Of a stretch of 32,000 bases of DNA, positions 1 through 8,211 are shown in pieces. The stretch lies in the NCBI RefSeq assembly GCF_000010065.1, contig NC_006576.1, positions 960,001 to 992,000 on the forward strand, in the 5' to 3' direction. The DNA is from Synechococcus elongatus PCC 6301 (lineage in GTDB: Bacteria; Cyanobacteriota; Cyanobacteriia; Synechococcales; Synechococcaceae). The translations under genes were made by a program, and so were the position numbers. Position 1 is the first letter of the stretch; each line of letters starts with the position of its first letter. Under the pieces are notes generated by a model. It saw only the letters and a list, made by a program, of their open reading frames with translations. It was not told the origin of the DNA and made no database searches.

Positions 1-1894
1 CATGCTCAGACAAGGTGGGATGCTCAGGAGCCCTAGCGCCTGGGACGGGGAGCCTGTTTGGGGCGATCGCCCAACCCTCGACAGCATAGAGGGCGACTTC
101 GCCATACCCCCGAATTGCAGAGCGCCCCAGCGATCGCGTTTGCAGGCGATCGCCGAGCACCTGCAGCAGGGCTTGACTGATCACAATCGGGGCTTGGAGT
201 TCCTTGGTCATACTTTCCAAGCGACTGGCCAAGTTGACCGTATCGCCCATCACTGTGAATTCCAGCCGCTGTGGCGAGCCAATGTTTCCTGCAAGGACCG
301 GCCCACAGTGCATGCCGATGCCGTTATCGAGGGTAGGTCGTCCTTCCGCTTGCCAGCGTTGGTTGAGCTCATGAAGTGCCTGGCGCATCGCCAAAGCAGC
401 GTCAATTGCAGCGGTAGCATCAGCCGCTTCGCCTTGCGAGAGCGGCGAGCCAAACACCGCCATAACGGCATCACCGATGAATTTATCGATCGTGCCGCCG
501 ACTTGGGTAATGGCGGCCACCATGGCGGTCAGATATTCGTTGAGTTGGTTGATCAGCGCTTCTTCATCGCCCAAGCTGGCACGATCGCGGGTCAAGGCAG
601 TAAAGCCGCGCAGATCACAGAACAGGACGGTGACAACTCTCCGCTGGCCTCGCAGCAACTGCTGAGCTTCGAGGGGGCTCTGGAGAATTTCTGCTACCAC
701 CGCTGGCGCAACATAGCGCTCAAAGGTTTGACGGAGGCGACGACGCTCGACCCCTTCTCGGAGATAGGCCGCCGCACCCGTGCTGACCCCAATCGTCAAA
801 CTCCCTACCAGCGGCAACAACAGGGGTAAGGCCCAACCCACCAGTAAGCTGACCCAAGCGACGCCTAGCCAGAGCAGAGCACCGCCGATCGACGGGGCAA
901 TCTGCCAGCGCAGCGATCGCCCTCGTTGGGACAACAGCACGATTGCAATCAGAAACAAACTAATTAGTAAGGCTCGGAGGGAAGCAGATTGGGGCCAGAA
1001 CCGCAGCCCGGAGCGATCGCGATCGTTAGCGAGGGCGGTGGCTAAAATTTCGACTCCGGCCTGAACACCCCAAGGGGTCGCATGCTGATCCTGCAAGGAG
1101 GCAGCAGTGGGGCCAATCAAAATGAGGCGATCGCGCACTCGGCCTTGAATCCGCTGCCACTCAGCATCATCCAAAACTTGCCAGGCTGAAATCTGCGGTA
1201 GGTGCCCGCGTGGGCCGTAGTAGCGCAGAGCACGGGCCGGCGATTGCTGCGTCTGTAAAGTCTCAGGCAAACTGGGCAAGAGCGGCAGCCCGAGAGGTTC
1301 AACGACCGTTTCGCGGTAGCGAGCAGGGTGATCGAGGATTTGGCCGTTATCCGCGGGTAGCGTATTGATGTAGCCGACTCGCAGATTGGGACCGAGGGTT
1401 TCAGTCAAGGAGCCTAGGCTCAATCCGCCCCCACTGCCATCCGGCTCGCGATACTCCGTCGCCAAGCTGATGCGATCGCCGTAGCGCTGTAGCCGCTGGG
1501 CCAGAGCCGCATCATCAGCAGGCCCAAAGGCGCTAGGCGTCACAAACAGGAGGTCGATCGCGATCGCCCGAGCACCGGCAGCAAACAGGCGATCGATGAT
1601 TTGGGCATAGATTGCTCGCGGCCACGGGAAGCCCTCTAAGTCTTGCGCCCAGGCCGGAGCACGGGGATCATCCCGAAAGAAGGCCGCTTGATCAAAGCTG
1701 GCATCGTCGATTTTGACGATCAGCAAATCATTGGGCGCTGGGCGTGTGCCCTGCAGCAGTAACAACTGCTGTTGCAACGCTCGGTCGGTCCGCTGCAACG
1801 TGCGGGGCATCCAAGCGGTCAAACCACCCAACAGCAGGCTGGCCGTGATCAATAAGCGCCAGCACCAACGATCGATCGGGTTGGACTGCATCAT
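1..1894 (-). CDS. CHASE2-domain sensor fused to a class III adenylate/guanylate cyclase. The 3' end runs off the window start, and the gene is not in the supplied ORF track because no stop codon lies in the window.
   Basis: My manual minus-strand translation from ATGATG (1894/1891) stays open to position 2. The N-terminus MMQSNPIDRWCWRLLITASLLLGG has one TM, followed by a CHASE2-like periplasmic region (LLIVKIDDASFD, AIDLLF). Three TM helices follow. The cyclase catalytic core shows VTVLFCDLRGFTALT, GGTIDKFIGDAVMAVFG, GIGMHCGPVLAGNIG and FTVMGDTVNLASRLES. The + strand ORF 2..829 is its antisense shadow. Confidence 0.9.
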   Translation of the reverse strand, partial: MMQSNPIDRWCWRLLITASLLLGGLTAWMPRTLQRTDRALQQQLLLLQGTRPAPNDLLIVKIDDASFDQAAFFRDDPRAPAWAQDLEGFPWPRAIYAQIIDRLFAAGARAIAIDLLFVTPSAFGPADDAALAQRLQRYGDRISLATEYREPDGSGGGLSLGSLTETLGPNLRVGYINTLPADNGQILDHPARYRETVVEPLGLPLLPSLPETLQTQQSPARALRYYGPRGHLPQISAWQVLDDAEWQRIQGRVRDRLILIGPTAASLQDQHATPWGVQAGVEILATALANDRDRSGLRFWPQSASLRALLISLFLIAIVLLSQRGRSLRWQIAPSIGGALLWLGVAWVSLLVGWALPLLLPLVGSLTIGVSTGAAAYLREGVERRRLRQTFERYVAPAVVAEILQSPLEAQQLLRGQRRVVTVLFCDLRGFTALTRDRASLGDEEALINQLNEYLTAMVAAITQVGGTIDKFIGDAVMAVFGSPLSQGEAADATAAIDAALAMRQALHELNQRWQAEGRPTLDNGIGMHCGPVLAGNIGSPQRLEFTVMGDTVNLASRLESMTKELQAPIVISQALLQVLGDRLQTRSLGRSAIRGYGEVALYAVEGWAIAPNRLPVPGARAPEHPTLSEH

Positions 1895-2013
1895 CCGTTC
1901 TCAGCGCGCGACTGCTCAGCCCAACAGGGCCACAAGCGTCAAGTCCAATGTCAGTGGCAGCGTAACACCTTCGCGCGATCGCCCTTCAAGCCCAATTGAA
2001 AAGAGGCCACAGC

Positions 2014-2937
2014 TTAGAAAAAGAACGGAAGGCGCGGAACTGAAGGGGTTGGGATGCCGGGAATACCAGGCAAACCCACGCCCGGAAAGAGAATTTGGTA
2101 CTGGTTCAGAATGCTGGACAAACCGGGTAGTGGCTCCTGGTAGCCACTGAAGAGTTGGCCTTGCAGCAAGCCCGCAAAATCGCCCGCTGTCAGCTGCAAA
2201 ATGGTCAGCAGAACCCCCTCTGGGCTGAGTTGCAGCTGCTGACCAGCCTGCAGAACGACCGTCTCGCCCTCACTTTCGGGGAAGGTCTCAATCGGATCGC
2301 CCGGCTCCGTCAGCGTGGGATCGGTAGACAGCGAGGAGGCACCTCCGTTGCTCGGCGGTGCCGGAATCTGTCCAGCAGGATTGTTGCCGCCAGGAACTTG
2401 AATGGTCGGATCGCCCGGCTCCTTCAAGTTGGGATTGGTGGTCAGGGTCGGGTCAGGATTGGTGTCCCCAGCACCGGGTTGGCCCTTAAAGGTGGTAACA
2501 GCGACCTGACCTTCGAGCACCGAGATATTGGTGGTTCCATCCTCAGCCACTTCGACGACGTAGTTTGTCCCCCGCACACTCAGCCGAGCCGATTTTGTGC
2601 AGCCATTTTGGGGGCCAGAAATCAGAATTTGCCCGCGACTGATCTGAAAGCAACGGGAACCAATTTTGATGACAGACTGTTGCCCCAGCCGCCCGATCGC
2701 CTGATCACTAAAGCGGAGTTGAGTGCGGGAAGCGCCGGTTCGAACGACCTGATCACGATTGGCACGACTGTTGATTGGGACTTGGCGATTGTTAATGAAG
2801 ACTTGGTTGCCGTCCAGAATTTCCACAATGGTGGCTTGATCGGCCGCGATCGCCGGGCTACCCACGAGCCCAGCACCACTGCCCAACAGTGCCAAGCCCA
2901 AGAGCCTACGAGTCCATGCGATCGCCATATTTGCCAC
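2014..2937 (-). CDS. Secreted FecR-domain protein with a Pro/Gly-rich C-terminal tail
   Basis: 307-aa ORF. Signal peptide: MANMAIAWTRRLLGLALLGSGAGLVGSPAIAA. FecR-like beta-rich core: ATIVEILDGNQVFINNRQV...TGASRTQLRFSDQAIGRLGQQSVIKIG...GTNYVVEV...ISVLEGQVAV. It lies 119 nt upstream of the CHASE2 cyclase on the same strand; FecR next to CHASE2 is a recurrent pairing in bacteria. Confidence 0.75.
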   Translation of the reverse strand: MANMAIAWTRRLLGLALLGSGAGLVGSPAIAADQATIVEILDGNQVFINNRQVPINSRANRDQVVRTGASRTQLRFSDQAIGRLGQQSVIKIGSRCFQISRGQILISGPQNGCTKSARLSVRGTNYVVEVAEDGTTNISVLEGQVAVTTFKGQPGAGDTNPDPTLTTNPNLKEPGDPTIQVPGGNNPAGQIPAPPSNGGASSLSTDPTLTEPGDPIETFPESEGETVVLQAGQQLQLSPEGVLLTILQLTAGDFAGLLQGQLFSGYQEPLPGLSSILNQYQILFPGVGLPGIPGIPTPSVPRLPFFF

Positions 2938-2996
2938 TCCGCTGCAGTCACCGTTGCCCCTATTACATCAGCTTTGTCAGCTTCTGACGCTAACCT

Positions 2997-4589
2997 TTAA
3001 CGTCCGGTAGGAATTGGCAAGTTAGGGGGCAACTCCCCACGGGCAGGCGCTGCTGGATCATCAGGCAAAATCAGCGGCGGGCGCGCTTGCTCCCAGGCCC
3101 GAATTTGCGCTTGGGCAGCGTTGTAGAGCGGTCGGCCCGGCGGAATCTGCTGAGCAATCCGAATGGCGCTGTCCCAATCTTGACTGGCGGCAAAGGCTTG
3201 GGCTTGGGTTAGTAGTTCGCGATCGCCCTGAGCATCGATCTGCAGTTGCCAGTTCTGAACTCTCACTTGAGCAGCAGTGTATAGGGCCCGTCCCGGAAAG
3301 ATGCGCTGAGCGGTGGCGATCGCCTCCAGCAGTTTTCCTTCCGCTGCTAAGCGATCGGCGGTTTGGAGTGTCGGCTGATCTTCGCTCTGCTCAATCCGTG
3401 CCTGCCAACTTTGCTGCAGGCGTTTGACCTGGGCCGAGCGGGGATTAGTCTCGGCAATCAGCCGAATGGAGCTTAGGGCTTGAAGCAGGTCCTCGATGCG
3501 TCCGCTGGCCGCTAATTGCTCTGCTTGGGCTAAGCGCCGGAGGTCCTCGATTTCCGATTGCCAGCGGCTGCTGTACTGCTGAATCACCGTTGCTAAGGGG
3601 CGATCGCGGGGATAGGTTGCTGCCACCGCCACAGCCTTGGCCAAGTCTGGCACTTCACCGCTCCAAGTTCGTACTTGCCACGTCTGCAATTGCTGGAGAT
3701 CCTGTGCGGTGGATTGGAGGGCAGGAACCGTTTGCAGGGTTGTAATCACCTGTTCCACCGCAGTCAACTGCCGCTGATCGAGGGCAGTTTTGGCCAAATC
3801 CACCAAGCGATCGCCGGTCCGCTTGAGGTTGGCATCCGCCACATCTCGCACCGGGCTGGTCGTTGGCACTGTCTGGAGCTGCCGCACCGCCGCCAATAGA
3901 CTGTCCAGATCGCCCTTCCTCAACTGCTGCGCCACAGTTGGGAAGGGACCTTTGGGCGATCGCACGGCAGCAATTCGCCGGTTGAGTGATTCATAGCGCT
4001 GACTGTTCCAGTAGCGACTTTCATTCGCCAACAGGCCTGAGGCCAGAGCTGCCGCCCGATCCCACTGCAGTTGCAAAAGCTCTGCTTCCGCTTCCGCGAC
4101 CAATTGCTCCGCCGCTGTCCAGAGTTGAGGCCACTGCTCCAGCCGCTCGGTCACGGCAGTTTGGGCACAATCGCGATCGCGGCACTTTACCGTCGGGATC
4201 TGCTTCAAGATGGCAACTGCAGCGGCAAGATCACCCTGATCGAGCTTGACTTTGGCGAGATCGATCGCCTGCCAGGTCCACTGCTCGATGTAACGCTGCG
4301 CCGTGTCGAAGAGTGGGTCGGATGCCGGAATGGTCTGGGCCAGAAACAACGCCTGCTGCAAACTGGCCAATTGCCCTTGTTGCGCCTGTTGCCCAGCGCA
4401 GTAGAGCCGCTCAGCCACGGGAGCCAGCCACCAAATCCAAAAGCGGCCACAGGGCTCGTTACGGGGCTGCACCAACAGCAGCGAAAGCGATCCTGCGGCC
4501 AGAGCCAGCAGCCCCAAACTCAACCGTCGGGACCAGACTCGCTCAGCCTGTTGCAAGGATTCGAGCGAGGCAGTCGGTTGACTCGACAT
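2997..4589 (-). CDS. Membrane-anchored protein of unknown function built from degenerate ~45-aa helical repeats
   Basis: The track ORF is 2997..4679. I prefer the internal ATG at 4589 (MSSQPTASLESLQQ...) because the longer form would overlap the tyrA 3' end by 62 nt. One TM: LSLGLLALAAGSLSLLLV. Repeats of the form G-[DK]-L-x2-A-[IV]-x3-Q-x-[IV]-P-x8-12-A-x6-W-x3-[IW], for example IFPGRALYTAAQVRVQNWQLQI and IPPGRPLYNAAQAQIRAWEQ. I recognise no family. Confidence 0.6.
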   Translation of the reverse strand: MSSQPTASLESLQQAERVWSRRLSLGLLALAAGSLSLLLVQPRNEPCGRFWIWWLAPVAERLYCAGQQAQQGQLASLQQALFLAQTIPASDPLFDTAQRYIEQWTWQAIDLAKVKLDQGDLAAAVAILKQIPTVKCRDRDCAQTAVTERLEQWPQLWTAAEQLVAEAEAELLQLQWDRAAALASGLLANESRYWNSQRYESLNRRIAAVRSPKGPFPTVAQQLRKGDLDSLLAAVRQLQTVPTTSPVRDVADANLKRTGDRLVDLAKTALDQRQLTAVEQVITTLQTVPALQSTAQDLQQLQTWQVRTWSGEVPDLAKAVAVAATYPRDRPLATVIQQYSSRWQSEIEDLRRLAQAEQLAASGRIEDLLQALSSIRLIAETNPRSAQVKRLQQSWQARIEQSEDQPTLQTADRLAAEGKLLEAIATAQRIFPGRALYTAAQVRVQNWQLQIDAQGDRELLTQAQAFAASQDWDSAIRIAQQIPPGRPLYNAAQAQIRAWEQARPPLILPDDPAAPARGELPPNLPIPTGR

Positions 4590-4617
4590 AACAGACTTCA
4601 ATTCAGCCTCAACCGGC

Positions 4618-5454
4618 CTAAAGATAGCGTGGCCGCATCTCCTGATTTTGCTGCAGGATTGCGGCGATCGCCGGTTCATCGGCGGCGGCGATCGCAGTCT
4701 TTAGGCGTTCCAGCTGGATCTGATAGCGATCGATCTGCTCGAGCAGTGCTGCTTGGTTATAGCGAGCCATCATTACCCCCAGCTCTGGATTGCCGCCACC
4801 CACCCGACTCGTATCGCAGAAGCCAGAGCTAGCGAGAGTGGCTGCCAAGGTTTGCACCGCCGGATCCGGTTCCTGCAGACAGGTCTGAATCAGGCTGGCG
4901 CTGATAAAGACCGGCAAATGGGAAATCGTGGCCACCGCGCGATCGTGGCTGGCGGGGTCGCAGTGCAGCACCACCGATCCCAGTTCCTGTGCCAACTGTG
5001 CAACCACCGCGATCGCCGCTGGATCCGTCTGGTCAGTGGGCGTCAGCACGTAGGGCCGATTCTGGAACAGGCCCCGCAGTGCGGCTTCAATCCCATTTTC
5101 AGCAGTGCCCGCCATCGGGTGCCCCCCCACAAAGCGCGGCCAGAGGGGGTCCAAGGCAGCCACGATCGGCTGTTTAACCGAGCCGACATCGGTGACGATC
5201 GCCTCCGGATGCCAGTAATCCCGCAATTCCCGCACGGTCGTTTCCAGCACCCCCAAGGGGGTCGCCAAGACGATCACTTCAGCCTCTGTCAGCACAGCTG
5301 GATTTGGACTGGCATGGTCGACAACGCCCCGCGCGATCGCCCGCTCACAGGTCGCAGGACGACGACTGTAGCCCAAGAGCCTGTGACCGCGATCGCGCCA
5401 ATCAAACCCCAGAGAGCCGCCAATCAGGCCCAGTCCAACAATGCCGATGCGCAT
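4618..5454 (-). CDS. tyrA: Arogenate/prephenate dehydrogenase
   Basis: The track ORF extends to 5634, but the Rossmann N-terminus MRIGIVGLGLIGGSLG begins at the ATG at 5454. Family motifs are visible: DVGSVK, FVGGHPMAG and HDRAVATISHLP. Confidence 0.88.
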   Translation of the reverse strand: MRIGIVGLGLIGGSLGFDWRDRGHRLLGYSRRPATCERAIARGVVDHASPNPAVLTEAEVIVLATPLGVLETTVRELRDYWHPEAIVTDVGSVKQPIVAALDPLWPRFVGGHPMAGTAENGIEAALRGLFQNRPYVLTPTDQTDPAAIAVVAQLAQELGSVVLHCDPASHDRAVATISHLPVFISASLIQTCLQEPDPAVQTLAATLASSGFCDTSRVGGGNPELGVMMARYNQAALLEQIDRYQIQLERLKTAIAAADEPAIAAILQQNQEMRPRYL

Positions 5455-5511
5455 AACATCTCTTGCCACTGTTGTTGATCCTACCGACCCCGAGGCCGCT
5501 AGGATGAGCCA

Positions 5512-7017
5512 ATGTTTGAGGTCGAAGTTCACCAATTGCTGCGCCGCTGGCTGCGAGAGCAAACTGCAGAAGATGCCTGGCCGCATCATCTCAGTGTGGC
5601 GCGGCTCGCAGCTCGTTCCTTGCGCCTCCAGCAACCAACGCTGCTACACCTCCCCGCCAGTGGTGGCGATCGCCTCTATCTATGCAGCGTGCTGCTCCCT
5701 CTGTTGCTCTGGCAAGGCCCAGTGGTGATTCTGGCAGCCCCACCCCTGCGCGATCGCCTGCTGCACCGCGAGATTCCTTTACTCCAAAGCCACTTCAACC
5801 TCGCCAAGTCGCTGCTGATTGCCGACCAGCTGCCGCGACCTGATTTCCAAGGCGTTTGGCTAACCGATCTAGACCGCTGGCGATCGCACCAAGCGGACTA
5901 TCCCCACTGGCCCCTAGCCGTGATGGCAGCAGATGACTTTGAAGCCCAATTGATCACTGCAGCGAGCGCTGTGATTACGCCCCAGGATTGGGAAGTGCTG
6001 CGCTGTTGCCAGCCTGCAGCCCAAGGGCAACTGCAAGACTGGCAAGCCCGACTGACTTTCCAACTCTTTCAGCGCCCGATCAATCCTACGGGAACCTATC
6101 GCCTTGAGGCCGCCGACCTAGAACCCCTGCAAATCTGGTTGCGATCGCAGCTTGATTTACCAGCGGCTTGGCAGACCTGGCTACAGGTTCCAGTCCCAGC
6201 TGTGGAGGTGGCCCAGCTCGATCGCGCAACTGGTCAGTTCCAGCTCTGGCGACAGCCCTTGGCGATTGCGGAACTCGCTGCTCCTCTCTGGCGCGATCGC
6301 CCTTTACTCTTGGCCGCTGAAGCCTGTGATGCAGCTGGCCAAGCCCCGGCCTGGATTCGCCGGCTTGGGCTTCCTGATCCTGTCAGCGCCCAGTTTGGTA
6401 GCGATCGTCATGCCCCAGGCCTCCGGCTATTTCTGCCGCGGCAAGCCGTTCTGCCCAACACCCCGCACTTTCAGCAAGCGCTTCTGCACGAATTGCGATT
6501 GCTGCTGCTTTGGCTAGGCAACCAGTCTGTGGTGCTGATTGTCGACGACCGCCCTCTACAGCAGCAGGTCGCCAGCGCTCTCGCAGCGGAATGGGGCAGC
6601 CGAGTTCAAGTAGGCGCCACTGCAAAGTTGGCAGACAACAGCATCCATCTCTGTAGCATGAGCACCTGGCTGGGGCTGCAAAGCCAACGTCCTACACCGA
6701 CGGCGATCGCGATCGCCTCACTGCCCTTTGCCAGTGCTGAACAGCCGCTGACGGCGGCGCGGATTGAATTTTACAAGCAGCAACGCTGGGACTGGTTTCG
6801 AGAGTTCCTGCTCCCCGATGCACTGATGCAACTACAACAGGCGATCGCTCCCCTGCGCAAAAACAGCGGCCTCTTGGCTATCTATGACGGTCGCCTCCAG
6901 CGCCGTAGCTACGGGCAAGCATTCCTTGAAGCGATCGCCCCCAGTGAACACTTGCGCCAGCTCAGCTTTGAGAATCAAGCCAACCCTTGGCTTGCCCCAG
7001 AAGACAGCAGCCTCTGA
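5512..7017 (+). CDS. DinG/Rad3-like helicase-related protein with degenerate ATPase motifs
   Basis: 501-aa ORF, divergent from tyrA across a 57-nt spacer. The C-terminal end (LLAIYDGRLQRRSYGQAFLEAIAP) resembles the DinG/XPD family helicase C-terminal domain. At the expected Walker A position it reads LHLPASGGDRLYL (no GKT/S). The likely DEAH-box position reads VMAADDFEAQL. The family call is from memory of the motifs, not a search. Confidence 0.55.
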   Translation: MFEVEVHQLLRRWLREQTAEDAWPHHLSVARLAARSLRLQQPTLLHLPASGGDRLYLCSVLLPLLLWQGPVVILAAPPLRDRLLHREIPLLQSHFNLAKSLLIADQLPRPDFQGVWLTDLDRWRSHQADYPHWPLAVMAADDFEAQLITAASAVITPQDWEVLRCCQPAAQGQLQDWQARLTFQLFQRPINPTGTYRLEAADLEPLQIWLRSQLDLPAAWQTWLQVPVPAVEVAQLDRATGQFQLWRQPLAIAELAAPLWRDRPLLLAAEACDAAGQAPAWIRRLGLPDPVSAQFGSDRHAPGLRLFLPRQAVLPNTPHFQQALLHELRLLLLWLGNQSVVLIVDDRPLQQQVASALAAEWGSRVQVGATAKLADNSIHLCSMSTWLGLQSQRPTPTAIAIASLPFASAEQPLTAARIEFYKQQRWDWFREFLLPDALMQLQQAIAPLRKNSGLLAIYDGRLQRRSYGQAFLEAIAPSEHLRQLSFENQANPWLAPEDSSL

Positions 7018-7100
7018 ACCAGGGCTGGCACCTGCGGTGAGGGGCTCGGCCGAGACATGAGATGATCTAGCCAAGGACGTTTTGCAGCCAGAGGATCCCC

Positions 7101-7313
7101 GTGGGAGAAGCTAAGCGCCGTCAAAGCAGCGATGCCAACGCGAAAGCGAATCAACCCCTGTTGCCTGGGCTGCCCATTACCAAACAACAGTCCGAGCAAT
7201 TTATCGCCATCACGACCAAGGGAGCCTGGATCGGCATTGGAGCACTAGTGCTGGTTTGGTTCACCGTCCGCCTGATTGGACCGACCCTAGGCTGGTGGGA
7301 ACTAGCAGACTAG
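7101..7313 (+). CDS. Small conserved-looking membrane protein (70 aa), possibly DUF2839-like
   Basis: GTG start preceded by GAGGA (7091-7095). N-terminus MGEAKRRQSS and one C-terminal TM (GAWIGIGALVLVWFTVRLIG). The DUF assignment is recollection only. Confidence 0.5.
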   Translation: MGEAKRRQSSDANAKANQPLLPGLPITKQQSEQFIAITTKGAWIGIGALVLVWFTVRLIGPTLGWWELAD

Positions 7314-7429
7314 ACCCCAACCTGCATCTTCCCCTGCGATCGCGGGAATACTGAGCCCATCGTTAACAGCCACCCGCACAGTTGACAGAAAAAGGGGATC
7401 ACGCTAAACCAAGTCAAAATCTAAGAGGT

Positions 7430-7458
7430 TAGCCAGCAATCTTAAGAAAGTGTAAAAT
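7430..7458 (+). promoter_or_regulatory. Candidate sigma70-type promoter for the 113-aa ORF
   Basis: TAGCCA (7430-7435), a 17-nt spacer, then TAAAAT (7453-7458). AGGAG follows at 7471-7475, 7 nt before the GTG at 7483. This sits in a locally AT-rich intergenic stretch. Confidence 0.35.
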
Positions 7459-7482
7459 TGTGACTAGCCCAGGAGAACGATC

Positions 7483-7824
7483 GTGTTCATACGGCTTGCA
7501 GAACAACACCGACAATTCGTTAAAGATCTCGTCATGAGCTTGCAAGCTCTGGCGACTGCTCTCGAGAACCAAGGCTATCTCGCCTCTTGCTACACCTGCG
7601 GTGGGCAAATGAATAGCGCTTCATTCATGGTGAGCTTGGGGAACGACCATCTGATTCGCTTTCTGGTGTCTGACTACGGCATCACTTGGACTGAGATGCG
7701 CGACGATCGCGAGCTGATGAAGCTAGAAGGCGCAGAAGCGATTAGCCAACTCCAAGAGCTGGCCAACCTGATCAAGCAGCAAATCACGCCACAAAACTGC
7801 CAACTCCGCACCCTCAAAGTTTAG
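7483..7824 (+). CDS. Hypothetical cytoplasmic protein (113 aa)
   Basis: ORF with a strong Shine-Dalgarno sequence and a GTG start, followed by an intrinsic terminator. I recognise no motif. No TM or signal peptide. Confidence 0.55.
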   Translation: MFIRLAEQHRQFVKDLVMSLQALATALENQGYLASCYTCGGQMNSASFMVSLGNDHLIRFLVSDYGITWTEMRDDRELMKLEGAEAISQLQELANLIKQQITPQNCQLRTLKV

Positions 7825-7883
7825 GACGTGATTTCCAGCGATCGATTCTCGCTCTTAGCCTACTTCTCCTCTCCTTAGCCTCT

Positions 7884-7910
7884 GGCGGCCCTTCTAGGCC
7901 GCCTTTTTTT
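7884..7910 (+). terminator. Rho-independent terminator
   Basis: GGCGGCC (7884-7890), loop CTTCTA, GGCCGCC (7897-7903), then a T7 run (7904-7910). Confidence 0.8.
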
Positions 7911-8150
7911 GGCCAATTGCGAGCAGCAAGATGGACGCGAGTACCGTATCGGCCGTGGGACAAATGCTCTTGCGATCGCTGCCGAACTGGCAGCGTCTAA
8001 CTGAGACTTTGCGACGAGAGGGCTGCGAGCTGGGACTATTCCACCGCAAGATTCCAGAAAACTAGAGCCGCTCAGTGACTTCTCCCAAACCCACCTGTCG
8101 GTAAGAGCACCCCAGCTGCTCGCAGGCGTTGTCATTCCCCCAGAGATACG

Positions 8151-8180
8151 AAAAAGCCCCTGCCGAGGCAAGGGCTTTTC
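8151..8180 (-). terminator. Rho-independent terminator of psbDC (also flanked by an A-run, so potentially bidirectional)
   Basis: The minus strand reads GAAAAGCCCTTGCC-TC-GGCAGGGGCTTTTT. This gives a 9-bp stem with one G-U pair, followed by T5. It lies about 30 nt past the psbC stop. Confidence 0.8.
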
Positions 8181-8211
8181 AGACTTTGAGGCTAATGTCC
8201 TGCAGTTGGAA

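Noticed and set aside
2-829. 275-aa + strand ORF at the window start (also 477..665 and 780..1064)
   Set aside because: It is antisense to the CHASE2/cyclase frame, which carries unmistakable class III cyclase motifs on the minus strand. The + frame product is Arg/Gln/Ala-rich with no motifs. This is a typical shadow ORF in GC-rich coding DNA.
2155-3000. 281-aa + strand ORF, and the 109-aa - strand ORF at 2622..2951
   Set aside because: Both overlap the FecR-domain gene, which has a signal peptide and domain-like sequence. The alternatives are low-complexity, Arg-rich shadow frames.
4071-5478. + strand ORFs 4071..4832 (253 aa) and 4753..5478 (241 aa)
   Set aside because: They are antisense to the repeat protein and tyrA. 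They have no recognisable motifs and an Arg/Pro/Ser-rich composition.
4590-5634. N-terminal extensions offered by the longest-ORF track: repeat protein to 4679, tyrA to 5634, eno to 30279, gloA from 30340, PrxQ from 24184, ldt to 19759
   Set aside because: In each case the conserved family N-terminus or signal peptide begins at an internal start codon, often with a visible Shine-Dalgarno sequence. The extension would overlap a neighbouring gene or consume the promoter spacer.
7875-8171. 98-aa minus-strand ORF in the psbC-downstream spacer
   Set aside because: It spans two intrinsic terminators, has no ribosome-binding site, and has an Ala/Ser/Arg-rich composition.
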